A stretch of 64,000 nt of DNA from Octopus vulgaris (taxonomy: Eukaryota): assembly GCA_951406725.2 (NCBI GenBank), contig OX597814.1, forward strand, positions 195,920,001-195,984,000. The letters are read 5' to 3'. The first letter of the stretch is position 1, and each line of letters starts with the position of its first letter. The notes under the pieces were generated by a model. That model did no database searches and was not told where the DNA came from. It saw only the letters and a program-made list of their open reading frames with translations. A program made the translations under genes and the position numbers. This document shows, in pieces, positions 14,170 through 27,676 of this stretch.

Positions 14170-14715
14170 AGGCCTATCCCCAATTTATTTTAGGAAGGGT
14201 AGCCACAACAAGATAAACACCAGGCATTCCATTCATTTCCCAGCTTAAAGAGGCGAGCCCCGTCCTATGCTCGGGTCAAGGCATAGAACGCAACCCCCAA
14301 TATAAGCAGCGGAGCCCGATGACATATCGGTTTCACCCCCGCCGCATCATGCTGGTTGCATACCCCTTTGAACAACATCAATTATCAGCAGCGGGGCTCG
14401 ATAGCATATCGGGTTTACTCCCGCCGCATCATGCTGGCTGCGTACCCAATTGAGCAACATCAAGTTCACTCATCCGTCCACAAACACTCTCCAAGCTTTC
14501 CTATCATTTATAAACTCTATTGCCACTCTTACTCCACCTCCTCTAATCACCAAAGCTTTCCTGACTCCATCCATCCACACAAACTGAGGTCTGCCTCTGG
14601 TTCTGCTGCAACGCACTTCTGCCTTCATCCCCCACCTTACCATCCGCTCCTCATCCATCCTCTCCATGTGGTCAAACCAGCTCAGCATTCTATTTTGGTC
14701 GAATCACTCTGTTGC
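14170..14715 (-). mobile_element. RTE-clade LINE 3' fragment
   Basis: LSWFDHMERMDEERM...RGRPQFVWMDGV...DRKAWR, a typical RTE C-terminus. The 3' UTR has an ~80-bp internal duplication. Confidence 0.75.
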
Positions 14716-14892
14716 TAGTGCGAGCGTCTCAGGGGAACCTCAGAATAACAAGAGAGTGACACGATCAAAACAAAATAAACACACACACACACACACACAC
14801 ACAATTGAAATTTATAGAAAAACAAAAGACAAAGACAGGTGTATGAACAGCAAGCAAGTGTACTAGTTTGACGCTCGGGAAAAATCAGAAGT

Positions 14893-14928
14893 CTTTTAAG
14901 TTTCAAGCCTACGCTCTTCAGCGGAAAG
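14893..14928 (-). ncRNA. Minimal type I hammerhead-like motif in a PLE pLTR fragment (14803-15000)
   Basis: CTTT-CCGCTGA-A-GAGC GTAG GCTT-GAAAC-TTA-AAAG. Related copies at 39627-39662(-), 42477-42512(+) and 60267-60302(-). Confidence 0.55.
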
Positions 14929-15022
14929 GATTAAGAGAAAATAAACAGAGAGAGAATGAAAAAACGTGTCGATTTCAGCGGTCCTCCATGGCGAATAAAT
15001 TCATATATATATGTATATGTAC

Positions 15023-15100
<78 letters not shown>

Positions 15101-15545
15101 CAGATGTTTTTAACTGTAGAATTCGAAATAGATAAAACTATACAAAATAACATGCAAAAGTCGGTTTCAAACCCCGCTTTAGATAGAAAGATGACGAAGT
15201 TGCACGTGGGACACGAACTTATGTCTTCTGTAAACATGACAAGCGTTGTCACTTTATATTTTGATGCAATTATTTTAAGATTTCTCTACTTCGAGTTCCA
15301 GTTAGAAGCGAAGTGTATATATCTATATACATACATAGAGACACGTGAGCTTGTGCACACACACATATCCATATATCTATATCTATATCTACATATGTAT
15401 ATATATATATGTGTGTGTGTGTTGGTGTGTGTATGTGTGTGTGTATAACAAAATAATCACCTTATTTTGAAACTGTATTGATAATACCGTACTAAATTCT
15501 GGTGCCTCAACTTAAGTACCATATTCATCTTAATCTAAATTTTTG

Positions 15546-15630
<85 letters not shown>

Positions 15631-15722
15631 TATCTATCGATATATATATATATATATGTATATATATCTATATATATATATGTATATGTATATATATAAA
15701 AATGTATATATATATCTATATA

Positions 15723-15768
<46 letters not shown>

Positions 15769-16372
15769 AAGAGAGAGAGAAAGAAACAGAGGAGCATATT
15801 CATAGATAGACTGATAGACAGATGGGTAAATATATATACGCACAAACCCAACACACACACACGCCACACGCCACACGCAAACTCAGATATACATTCTTAT
15901 TATTAATTCTCCGATATACTCAAGCCTACAGTTCTAAATTAAACTCCCGATATAATGATAACGAACGACATGGGAAAAGATCTCGCTCCAAAACCGTATA
16001 TTTGCCTCTGTTGATTCAGTAATACTTATGTGTTTATGTTTTAAAGTTTGATATCAATCTCGAAAGCAGTTGCTTTAAGATGTAGAGCAAGATATTAAAA
16101 CAGAAATTTTCGATAATAACGAAGCAAATGCGAAATTTGTAAATGTGATATTGGCATATTTCGATTGTACTGGCGGTAATAACGCGTATCGTACGAATTT
16201 GCGATAGAGTTTTCCTAACTTATTTATATTTCTTCAGTAAAAATATCAATAAAGAATTAATGAAGATATGTATCGAAATGCTGTAAGGCATTTTAAGTAC
16301 GATGCTATATCGATTTTGCTATGTGTCATCTATCAATCTATCTGTCTATCTATCTATCTTTCTATCTTTCTT

Positions 16373-16442
<70 letters not shown>

Positions 16443-16568
16443 ATCTATCTATCTATCTATCTATCCATCTATCTATCTATCTATCTATTTATCTGTCTGT
16501 CTGTGTGTTTGTCTATCTATCTATCTATCTATCCGTCAATCAATACGCATACACGAATAAATAGAATA

Positions 16569-16623
<55 letters not shown>

Positions 16624-16897
16624 AAGAGAGAGATAGATAGATAGATTATATATTCATGCATATATATATATATATTTCTATGTATATATATATATATTTG
16701 CACGTATGTAGATATACAAGTGTACGCTTGTCCGAAAAGATTAATCGAAAGCGCTCACACACGCTAGGAAAAAAAACTCCTAAAAATATTAGAGACGTTC
16801 TGATAAAAGACTTTATAACTTTTAAAAAGAAATGATTTTTTTAAAATAAAATCCTCTTTAAACTTAAAAACTCTATTAAGCACTTTTCACAAACTTT

Positions 16898-16988
<91 letters not shown>

Positions 16989-17551
16989 GTGTGTAGTGTA
17001 TTACAGAAATGTATGGAATAGATTATATGTAAACATAATAGAAAATACAGGTTTTCTATTGAAATTTCTTTTTCATATCATTTTCTGTCACCTATCCTCC
17101 CATTTTCTTCTGTTAGAGAGCATGCATCTCAGATGGCAGAAATGAAGTATCTTCCCTTACCTTTATAATATTTCAAGAATTTTTGTCAAAATTTAGCACG
17201 AGCATCACTAGCGAAATCAGAATTATAGTTGTCTTTTTTTTTTCTTTTTTTGTGCGAATGGAAAGACAACAGCTAAATGTGGGCAAAGTGATTGGTAGAT
17301 AGATAGATATATAGATATGGAGAGAGAAACCGAGAAAGAGTGAGGGGGGAGACTTGCTAGATGAAATTGAGGCAGGTTTTAGTGGAGATGGTAACAGTTA
17401 AAGATAAGACAAAGGAAAGAATAAAATACAAATGCTCAGGAATCGACATAGATGCATAATCAGACAGAGGCATGTATGCACAGACACGTCTAAACATATA
17501 TAATACATCCACACGTATATATACATATATACATATATATATATACATACA

Positions 17552-17773
<222 letters not shown>

Positions 17774-17789
17774 GGAGATGTACTTGCAT

Positions 17790-19217
17790 AGAAAGTGACC
17801 TGATCTGAGAGAGAGAGAGAAAGAGTGAGAGCGAGAGATAGAGAAAAGATAAAGAAACACAGAAGATTTGTTTTACAAGATTTAAGAGTATAATAGAGCC
17901 ATGATAATAAAGATATACAAGTTTGTACAAAATAATGTCTTGTCCCTTCAACATAATTGAAGTAAGGACCAGTTTCATATTGCTCATCAGACTGAGATTT
18001 GAAAACGTTATCTTGCTAGGGGAAAATATTGATAGGGGAGATAATTGTCCAGTCATTTATGTTGCAGTAAAGAGGTGTTAAATCTAATTTTTACTTTTTG
18101 TTTTTTTTTTGTTCTCTACTTTATTCTGGCTTATGCCTTACATTAGATGGGGTAAGTCTTTTATTTTTAATATGGCTTCATATTTAATTCTGGCTAATAT
18201 TTTTGGATAAATGAGGCTCCTTTATTCAGTTTTACTTGTGTTGAGGTCCAGAAGGCAAGTTGATAAAATGGGAAAATTATGAAATGTCGTTGTAATCGTT
18301 CTGCACAATCGTCAATGTGTTGACTGAGGTGTATTTGGCGATATTGTGGGGAGGAAATGTGTTGTCTGTGTATCGTACATCTCTTTCGGACTTAATTTCC
18401 TGTGGAGCCAATATAGTTTCGATGGCAGCCCGAACATCTGATTACGTAAATGAGGTTTTGGGATGTGCATGTGAAGTTAGATTTGATTTTGAATAGAATT
18501 CCGATCCTTCTAACAGATTGGGACATGTTCCGCAATTTGGGGAACCACACTTTACGACTCTTGGATCCGTTGTTCTAGAGAATAGCTTGGCATTGGTGAG
18601 AATCTTCTTCAATGTCTTAGGGTGTTTGCTGCTCTTAATGATTTTATGGTTACGTAGAATTTCCTTACGTTTGAGGTCCCTATGGAGTATTGGAAGATTT
18701 TGAACGATGGTATTGAATGCTTCTTTGTTTCTGGGGATGTATGTGGAGATAAAGCTTAGTGCTTTGAGGGTAGATGTGTTTTTGTGCTTGGCTGTTCTTA
18801 ACGTTTTTATACTAATCGATTTTACACGTTTAATTCCTTCATTTATGAGTTGAGTTGGGTAATGTCTATCAATGACTATATTTTTAAGCTCTTGCAGTCC
18901 TAGTTCTCTGTTATGTTTTTCGGATACTATGGTACAAATCCTTCTTGCAAGGTTGAAGGGGATATTTGTTTTGATATGTCATGGGTGACATGAGCTATAT
19001 AATAGATATTGTTTAGCGTCTGTGGTCTTGTAAAGAATGCCTTCCTAATTTTGTTTATTTTTAAGTCAGTATGACTAGGAATGGGAGTTCCTCGTGGCTG
19101 TGTTCCATTCTGAATTGTATGTTGGTGTTAATGTTACCTAGAAGTCTTTTGAACTCCAGGAGCTTATCTATGTTTTCATTCCAGAAGATGAATCAGTCGT
19201 CCAAAAATCTTTTCTTT
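17790..19217 (-). pseudogene. Decayed Neptune-type Penelope-like element: RT C-half, Zn linker, GIY-YIG endonuclease, pLTR
   Basis: Minus translation: KRFLDD, NIQFRME..ELPFL, YKTTDAKQYLLYSSCHP*HIKTNIPFNLARRI, KCGSPNCGTCP, FTCTSQNLIYVIRCSGCHRNYIGSTG. Contains stops. CTGATGA..GAAAC..GTC core at 17967-17990. Confidence 0.9.
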
Positions 19218-19804
19218 TATGTATTTTAAAATTATAAAATTTCTGGAGAGTTAGAGCTTCGAACGAACAAACAACGATAAAGTTGACGTACAGAGTAAAC
19301 AATCGACGAAGACAAACATTAATGGCCATTTGTCCAAGACGCAGTGTAATGGGTAACGCTTGGAAGAAATTTTGAAAAGAGATAGAAGAGATAGAGAAGA
19401 AAATAGCAGAAGAGAATAAAAGAGAGAAAAATTTCGAGAGGCGAAAAATATGAGGTCCCGCAGCAAATATATTCAGAGTCGCATATTTATATAGATATTA
19501 ATATTGTTATTATTATCGAAGTCAATACGAATAGTCTATAATAACAACAATATTAATATAGGTGGGTGTAAGCCTAATTCAACATTATATAGCTATAGAA
19601 TTAAAATTATATTAATCAAAGGTCATATTGAAGTGTCAACCCGATAGAAATAAGAGTTAAAAACGATCATATGGTCCACCAAAGAAAAATAAAAATAAAA
19701 CCGAAAATAACAGATACAACAGCATGCGGGCGAGCGAACCGAAAAGGGATCTCTCACATATCATTATAGCATAAACATATATATTTAATGGAAGAGGGAT
19801 ATAT

Positions 19805-19850
19805 GTGGACGGTTTCTGATTTGACACAAAGTTCTTATCTTCCTCAGCTC
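19805..19850 (-). ncRNA. Degenerate hammerhead motif
   Basis: CTGAGGA...GAAAC-C-GTC with weak stems, inside a segment with inverted repeats (~19705 and ~19890). Confidence 0.4.
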
Positions 19851-19989
19851 CCTTAGAAACATTGTACCTGTCCGCCACAGTTCGAAAGCCCGTATACTGT
19901 TGTATCTGTTATTTTCAGTGGAATTTTTGGTGATCTGAATGAGGGTTTTAACTCTATACACACACAGACACAGACACAGACACACACAT

Positions 19990-20031
<42 letters not shown>

Positions 20032-20050
20032 GTGTGTGTATATATGTATT

Positions 20051-20139
<89 letters not shown>

Positions 20140-20140
<1 letters not shown>

Positions 20141-20353
20141 GTTCAGCAAAAATTTAGATTCGAATGAATATGGTACTTAATTTAGATGCACCAGAATTTT
20201 GTATGGTGTTATCCATAAAAATTTGTGGGGTGAATTATAATCAAAATAAGCAACAAGAATGACTCCGGTAATTTGGTACAATTGTTTCACACTGTAGTGC
20301 GAAACAATTGTACCAAATTACCGGAGTCATTCTTGTTGCTTATTTTGATTATA
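20140..20353. mobile_element. (TA)n-flanked short element with foldback; family copies at 15445-15548, 44200-44306, 46840-47047, 59771-60066
   Basis: Shared gaaacaattgtac...ttcttgttgct...ataatcacccc...tctggtgcatctaa sequence. Arms of ~57 bp at 20236-20353. Confidence 0.8.
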
Positions 20354-20567
20354 TATATATTTATACATATATATACATATATATGTATATATATATATAA
20401 CAATAATTAAGGGTTTAGCAACAAGTTGCTTAACCACATAGCGAAAAATTGAGAAATAGCAGCCAAAAGACCGTTATTTCTTTTCACTACAAAATATGAC
20501 TCCATTGATAACCCTCTCTGTAACTCACACAATCAAAAAAGAAGGAAAATAATGAAATCAAACAGTA

Positions 20568-20623
20568 ATTATGGACGCGTTTCTGGATTAGAATTATAAA
20601 ACTCATTTCCTTATCAACGTAAT
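20568..20623 (-). ncRNA. Hammerhead motif, U3-A8 core variant
   Basis: TTACG-TTGATAA-GGA...TCC-A-GAAAC-GC-GTC-CATAA. Confidence 0.55.
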
Positions 20624-20878
20624 ATTCCGATAGTAATAAATTAGAAAATGCTATAAAACTTACCCTTTGCATTTCTGACCAAGCGACATCAGAACATCAC
20701 ACCAGGCAGTTAGCATATCCGAATTTATATAGACGAGTGAAATTCATATTTCCCCCCGCCCCAATTTTTTAGTATGTGCGTCACGAGATAGTACTGCAGA
20801 AAATAGATCCGCAGCTTTTTTGTTATCAGAGATTAAAATTATCTATAATTAATAATTTTATACCCTATATCTATAATG

Positions 20879-20995
<117 letters not shown>

Positions 20996-21350
20996 TACAT
21001 ACACACACACAAATATATACATATGGAAAAAAAACTCAAGGTAGAAAATGCTAAAATAATTTTATAAAAAACATTTCAATACCGGTTTCAGTTATTGAGA
21101 CATTTTTCAACAGTAAATATGGAAAACAATTAAATTTGGAAAAATTATAAGAAAAGTTTTTAAAAGAATGTTTGCAGAGTATTCAAATACAAGGGTCATT
21201 TCTGCCTGTCTCTGTCTGTCTTGTTTACTCTTGTGGGTTCGAGGTCATTGTAAATTCTTGGCAGAGAAGAAGAAGAACGAGAAGAAAAAGAAAGAGGAGG
21301 AGAAGAAGAATGCAGGAGTGCCATGATAGTAGTAGGATGTTAAATGGTCA

Positions 21351-21530
21351 AGGGCCACACGAAAACTACAATTACTCTGTAGCAGTGGTTCAGAATCATT
21401 TTAAAAATTTATTTATGAATTCCTTTAATTTGTTTATGAATTTCTTTAATTATATTAACGGAATTTATAAATAAATTTTTAAAATGGTTCCGAACCACTG
21501 CTATAGAGTAATTGCCGTTTTCGTGTGGCG
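21351..21530. repeat. Inverted repeat, ~70-bp arms
   Basis: ccacacgaaaac...gaattcc pairs with ggaattt...gttttcgtgtgg. Confidence 0.85.
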
Positions 21531-21735
21531 CCCCTTCGGTTACGACGACGAGGGTTCCAGTTGATGCGATCAACGGAACAGCCTGCTTGTGAAATTAACG
21601 TGCAAGTGGTTGAGCACTCCACTGACACGTGTACCCATAACGTATTTCTCGGGGAGATTCAGCGTGACACAGAGTGTGACAAGGCTCGCCCTTTGAAATA
21701 CAGGTACACCTGAAACAAGAAGAAAGAGTGAGAGA
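21531..21735 (-). mobile_element. SINE family A, 3' half
   Basis: Matches 1100-1300. Confidence 0.8.
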
Positions 21736-22479
21736 AAAAATGCGCCCCATAGCATTTGGATGTTTAAAAACTAGTTTATAGAAACTTCTTTCAAAATTTC
21801 TATTTTGTTTAGCACACATTAACTGGTAGTTTGACCTACTTTAAAGGTTAGAGAAAGAAAACGTGCTATATTTTGCAATATATGACTCTAAAACAAAATT
21901 CTTTTCATGGTCCCTAGTCATACCACTTTGGGTCAAAAATTTATTATTTTGCTTGCGTGAAGCCTTCCTCTACGTTCTATGGAGCCCCAGAAGTCAAATG
22001 AACTCCGGTTGAGAACGAATATTTTTTCACTATATATCACTCTTATTAATTTCTTCATTCTCACTGTCATTGAGTTTAATGCTATGCAATGTAGACGCAC
22101 CGACTTACTTTTTTCAGATTTAATTCAATAAATATTTTACACTAATAATCCGAACTTACAGTACATTACTTATAGAGAAGTAAAGTATTGTATATTTTTT
22201 ATTAACATTATGCAGTAAAAATGTAATAAATACGAAACATTAAATGTAATAAAAGTGTCATAATAGTTCTTATATTATAATCTTTTAGATTCATGAGTCA
22301 GTTTTTTCGATACTTCTAACCGATAGATGTACATTTTTTGACTTTTCGCAATTATTATCTCGATAAAACATTGATCTAATTTGAGTTACACACAAACACA
22401 CACACACAAACCTACACATACATCGCACAGACATATATGCACACACATATATATAAACAGAATCTAATGAGATGGGTGC

Positions 22480-23312
22480 TGTTTTACCCCAACGAGGAGT
22501 GGAAAAATCCAACGCTTCGCACAGTGATCTTCTTCAGGGAAAAGTTACAAAGAGAGAAATAAATGAGACACATCAGAGTTTTGCATCCTCTGAGTCTACA
22601 AAAAGACTGGCAGCAATGGGAAACTACCACCTGTGTCATCTCTTGTGAAAGGTAGGAGAGTCCAGTTTGCTGGACATTGTTGTAGAGCTGAAAACGAGGC
22701 AATTTCTACTCTTCTCCTCTGGAAGCCATCTACTCGCAATACCAGAGGGCGCACACTCTCCTACCCTGATGTAATCTCCCGGGATACAGGCATCCAGCAA
22801 CGGGACATCCGTAATGCCATGATGGACCGTGAAGTCTGGCGTAGCATGGTAAATTCCATTGTCTCGACCACGGTCGAACAATGATGATGATGATGGCAGC
22901 AACAGATAAGAAACGAAGGCACATGTGAACTTCACACGTAAACGAGTGGTAGGAGAAACAGTGTGATAAGGCTGGCGGTAAGAGTAATCAAATAAGAAGC
23001 AAGCAAAGTCGAGAGTGAGGTGAAGGGGAAAGATGAACTGAGAGGAGTTGAAGGATAAGAAAGGGCTGGATGAACTAGGAGAAGGTGTTTCAGTAGAAGT
23101 AAAAACGTTTATTGAAACCTGTTGGTGTGATAGCGTCAAGTTTGAGTATAAAGTGCTCTTCCCCACCATCTACTTGAGAATGTTGATCAATGATGTGCGT
23201 AGATGTAGCATATGTGAGTAATGGAATAGGCTGTAGTTTTGAAGTGGGTGGCAATAGGTTAGCCAAGCATACCTTGTAGTACGCTTCGAATATGCTCCGG
23301 AATGCAATAAAC
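22480..23312 (-). pseudogene. PLE 3' remnant (endonuclease C-terminus plus pLTR with hammerhead), interrupted by an RTE fragment
   Basis: EEHFILKLDAITPTGFNKR resembles the PLE C-terminal E..I..L....P.GLN motif. HHR-like TCC-CTGAAGA-A-...-GAAGC-GTT-GGA at 22508-22540. Confidence 0.6.
22617..22893 (+). mobile_element. 5'-truncated RTE/RTE-X LINE
   Basis: RRVQFAGHCCRA..LLLWKP..RGR..MMDREVWR, (TGA)n tail, 9-bp TSD TGGCAGCAA at 22608-22616 and 22894-22902. Confidence 0.85.
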
Positions 23313-23329
23313 AAAGCGTCGTCCTTTTC

Positions 23330-23720
23330 TTTTGTACTCTAGGCACAAGGCCCACAATTTTTGGAGAGGGTGCTAGTCGATTAGATCGACTCCAGTACGC
23401 AACTACTACTTAATTTATCGACCCAGAAAGGACGAAAGGCAAAATGGATCTCGGCGGAATTTGAACCCAGAACGTAAAAAGGCAGACGATATACCAATTT
23501 CTTTACTACCCACAAGAGGCTAAACACAGAGAGGACAACAAGGACAGACAAACGGATTAAGTCGATTATATGGACCTCAGTGTGTAACTAATACTTATTT
23601 AATCGACCCCGAAAGGATGAAAAGCAAAGTCGACCTCGGCGGTAGTTGAACTCAGAACGTAACGGCAGACGAAATACCACTAAGCATTTCGCCCGGCGTG
23701 CTGACATTTCTCGCCGCCTT
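23330..23720 (-). mobile_element. SINE family C dimer (head + tail A unit + tail B unit)
   Basis: A 17-bp TSD AAAGCGTCGTCCTTTTC (23313-23329, 23721-23737) encloses both units. Confidence 0.9.
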
Positions 23721-23747
23721 AAAGCGTCGTCCTTTTCCCCCAATGTG

Positions 23748-24095
23748 ACTGCCAGCGGGCTGGCTGGAGAGCGAGGTGTCTCCAAGTGGACGTTCAATGC
23801 AGGGGTTTCACAGCTTGTTTACTGACCAGAGCCTTCAGCAATTTGGGCATCGAGGGGGTGAGGAAGGCCATCCGCAGTAGCACCGATGTGGCGGAGAGGG
23901 CTTCAAGATGTCTGTGGATCAAATGAAGAGAGCTATGGGGTAGCTAGTCGGTCATCTTGACACAAGCTGTGGTCTGATATCAGCCCCAGCTGGATCACCT
24001 AGAGGAGGGAGATGATGTTAAAAGACCCAAAACACCACATGATTCCAGGCGCATCACTGAAGATGTGTCCAGATGCATCGGTCATTGATGTATGT
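23748..24095 (+). mobile_element. Hero-clade (RLE) non-LTR 3' fragment
   Basis: CQRAGWRARCLQVDVQCRGF...AERASRCLWIK, matching the Hero C-terminal GW...VEVGCRGF...AE.AS.WLW pattern as I recall it. Confidence 0.7.
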
Positions 24096-24145
24096 ACACT
24101 ACAATGAGTAATATGGATATTGTGTCTTAAAGCCAGTGTTATGTA

Positions 24146-24545
24146 GGCGCAGGAGTGGCTGTGTGGTAAGTAGCTTGCTTACCAACCACATAGTTCCGGG
24201 TTCAGTCCCACTGCGAGGAACCTTGGGCAAGTGTCTTCAACTATAACCTGGGGCTGACCAAAGCCTTGTGAGTAGATTTGGTAGACGGAAATTGAAAGAA
24301 ACCCGCCGTATATATGTATATGTATAAATATGTGTGTGAGTGTCTGTGCTTGTCCCTCCAACATCACTTGACAACCGATGCTGGAGTTTTTATCTCCTCG
24401 TAACCTAGCGGTTCAGCAAAAGAGACCGATAGAATAAGTACTAGGCTTACAAAGATTAAGCCCCTGGGTCGATTTGCTCGATTAAAAAGCCGGTGCTCCA
24501 GCATGGCCGCAGTCGAATGACTGAAACAAGTAAAAGAAAAGAAAG
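24146..24545 (+). mobile_element. SINE family B, full length
   Basis: GGCGCAGGAGTGGCTGTGTGG head, GGTTCAGTCCC B box, CCTTGGGCAAGT CORE-like motif, internal microsatellite, GACTGAAACAAGTAAAAGA tail. Confidence 0.9.
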
Positions 24546-24804
24546 AATTTTAAATGTAGCGGCAGGCTTTGCATCGTCGGCGACAGCGTATAGAAGTGCT
24601 TTGTTGTGTGAGGTTGGCTGTTGTAGAGCTTCTTACAAGATTTCCGAGGACTTTATCTATTGAGATGTTGAGTTATATTTAAGAACAGTTTTATATTAAA
24701 CTCAATAATTTTGGGGGGTACATATTATTCTGTTACAATAAGTTGGCTAAAATTTCGAAGTCATTGTCAACATAATTCTTGTTAAAAGAATTCACAGCCT
24801 TCTG

Positions 24805-25095
24805 TGCAAGTGGCTGAGCACTCCACAGACACGTACACCCTTAATGTAGTTTTCGGGGAGATTCAGCGTGAAACAGTGTGTGACAAGGCAGGCCCTTTCA
24901 AATACAAGTACAACAGAAACAGGAAGAAAGAGTTATAACTGTGGTGAAAGAGTACAGCAGGGTTCGCCCCCACCCCCTGATGTAGATCTTTAGGTGTTTT
25001 TACTCAATAAACACTAACAACGCCCGGTCTGGGAATCGAAACTGTGATCCTACGACCGCGCGTCCGCTGCCCTAACCACTGGGCTCTTGCGCCTC
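24805..25095 (-). mobile_element. SINE family A, partial
   Basis: Matches 926-1230. Confidence 0.85.
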
Positions 25096-26284
25096 CACAC
25101 ACACTCACAACTACACAGACACATAGACACACGCACACAGACATATATCTATATGCAGACACAGACGCGCGCACATGCACACACACACACAAATACATAT
25201 AGAAATTATTTTTGTATCATCCCTTTCTTCCTTTCCTCTGTCTTTCATATGTGTGTATGTGGGTGGTGCGTTCGTGGGTGTTGGTGTATGTGTATGTCTG
25301 TGTATTAGTCCGTGTGTGTCGACTTGGATCTATACGCCTGCGTATGACCATACATGCATGTGAATGTGTATTTGTGTGTGTGTGTGTGTGTGTGTGTGTG
25401 GATTAACGTATTCTCTAAACGGTGTTTGGCGATAAAAATTTCACAGTTGTGAGTATATAAAGATGATATATTCAGCGGTGTCTCTAAGTTATAGGGCCAT
25501 ACAATGTTTGAGCTATAAGAATACTAATCATCGTGTAATTTAACAGCGTAGGGCTTCAAGAAAATATAATTTTGTATGAAATATGAACATCTAGTTATAG
25601 GGACACTTAAAACCTCCTAAAATTGGCTTAATTTTCGAACGCTAATCATCATATCTAAAACAATGATGATTTTCATGAGGGAGATATTATGTTGATGTAT
25701 TATTTTAGCGTCGGTAAAAATTTGAACCTAATGTGGCTTGCAGTTTCAAAAACATAAACATCACAGAAAATATGAAAAATAAATATATATAAAAGAAGAT
25801 AAAGAGAAATTAAAAAAAGGAGGAGGGAACAAATAATAAATATGTTAACTGTTTGGGGTTTTGTCATTCGAAGAGTCTGGGAACATTTTTGTTACAATCG
25901 TACTAAATAGATTTGAAGCAAAATTTAATTTTCTCTTTCTTTGTAAATGAGTTTGTAACATTTCGATTTGTTATTGCCGCAAGCATATATTTGTCATTTG
26001 TTCATTTTGTTTTTGAAACGCAAATTTCACGACTTTTAAATTGGTTTGCAGATAGGAATTTCGTTAAATTTATAATATTTGTCGTTACTAATTATTTTCT
26101 CACAAGGAATTGAGTTGCTTTTGCTGAGCTAAATCATATTTGGTTTGAATAGAAGTGTGGAATTGTGGATGTGTATTTTTTTTTTTACTTTTTACTGTAA
26201 TGTTTCAACGCATTTATTAACAAATGAAAACGCATAAATAAAGTTTCACAGTAGGTTATTTGAAGTTGCATTGGAATATATTTT

Positions 26285-26748
26285 GGATCTTTTCGGTTTG
26301 AACGGTAGTTTTTTAAAATAATTTCCACGTAACTAAACACTTTTAAACTTCGTATCGTATACTGGTAGAATGTGTTTATGAAACATCTTTTTCTTTTGGC
26401 TTTATTGAGAAATGTCTATAGTTTGTAAGATATTTGTTGTTTTTTTATTTTCTTCAATTTCTGCAATTTCAACCAATCAACGACGTCTATTGAGGTAAAA
26501 AACATTCTGTGCCGTATGAATATGTCCCTCGTTTAATAAACCAATTGGGTTTATTTACATTTGTGAAGAAAAAAAGATACCCTTCCCCCTACTCCTAACC
26601 CTAACCATAACCCTAAACCTAACTAACCCTAACTAACCCTAACCCTAAAACAGATTGAAATGCAATAGATCGATACTAGGGTCATAATCATGGGTTACAA
26701 TTTCATATGACACCGTTAGAAAAACTGCCGTTCAAACCGAAAAGATCC
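26285..26748. mobile_element. MITE, Merlin-like, with internal telomere-like repeats
   Basis: ~29-bp TIR GGATCTTTTCGGTTTGAACGGYAGTTTTT, 8-bp TSD TATATTTT, (CCTAAC)n at ~26593-26648. Confidence 0.85.
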
Positions 26749-27597
26749 TATATTTTTCCCAGTTATTATTTTATACTTTTATTTTCGAAGAAGACGCTTT
26801 GAAGGTTCCATGCTGTGTGGTGAAGCGTTGTTGCTTTATAAACATGTCTCTGTAGCTGCTAAAGCATTAAAAGAACATTTTGGTGCTGCCTACGGAAAAT
26901 TCTAATTTTAGGTTCCCATTTAATTGTTTACTCATTAGTAACAGTGTTGAATTTTTATCAGTAAAGACATTGATAAATGCGATCGTACAGCGAGCTCTTT
27001 AGACTAAGCAGAAAACCTCAAAGAGGTTGTCTGCTTTTCAATATCCAATTGTTTCAATATCCAATCTTTTCAATGTCCAATCTTTTCAATATCCAATTGT
27101 TCATTCCGTTGCATCACCGATGGGTCATTATGTCAATAATAAACACAGGCATTGGTTCTCTTACACTACTTTATTCTTAATCAGTTGGTTAACAATTTAA
27201 CCAATTAAAGAATCGATTGTGTTAATAATTGTTCGGTCAAGCAGTGAACCAATCGATCGATCCATGAATCAGTCACTCACTCATCCAATCACTCAAGGAA
27301 TCAATCAATCAATCAATCAATCAGTAACTCAGCTAGGTTTGCCCAATGTCCTTTCACCACCATTCGCAATGGTGGTGAATGACATGTCCTACCTACTTAA
27401 TGTATACTTCGTTTTTCTGTCTCCAAGTTTACGGATTTTCTTCCTTTCTTTCTTCTTCTTTCATGAAGATAAAATCAAAATCAAAATCTTGACGAGTTCG
27501 ATAAAGGAACGCAAGCGCTAATAAAGAATTATCCAAAATTCTGACTGCCTCCGTTTTCTCAATATAGAACTACTCTACCCCACTTCAACACTATACA

Positions 27598-27633
<36 letters not shown>

Positions 27634-27676
27634 TATATGTTATTATTATTATTATTATTATTATTAATAATAAAGC

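Noticed and set aside
21070-21110. CTGTTGA...GAAACCGGTA hammerhead-like motif (minus)
   Set aside because: Stems I and II do not pair convincingly, so it was not counted.
26593-26648. True telomere or chromosome fusion site
   Set aside because: Short, degenerate and internal to a MITE.
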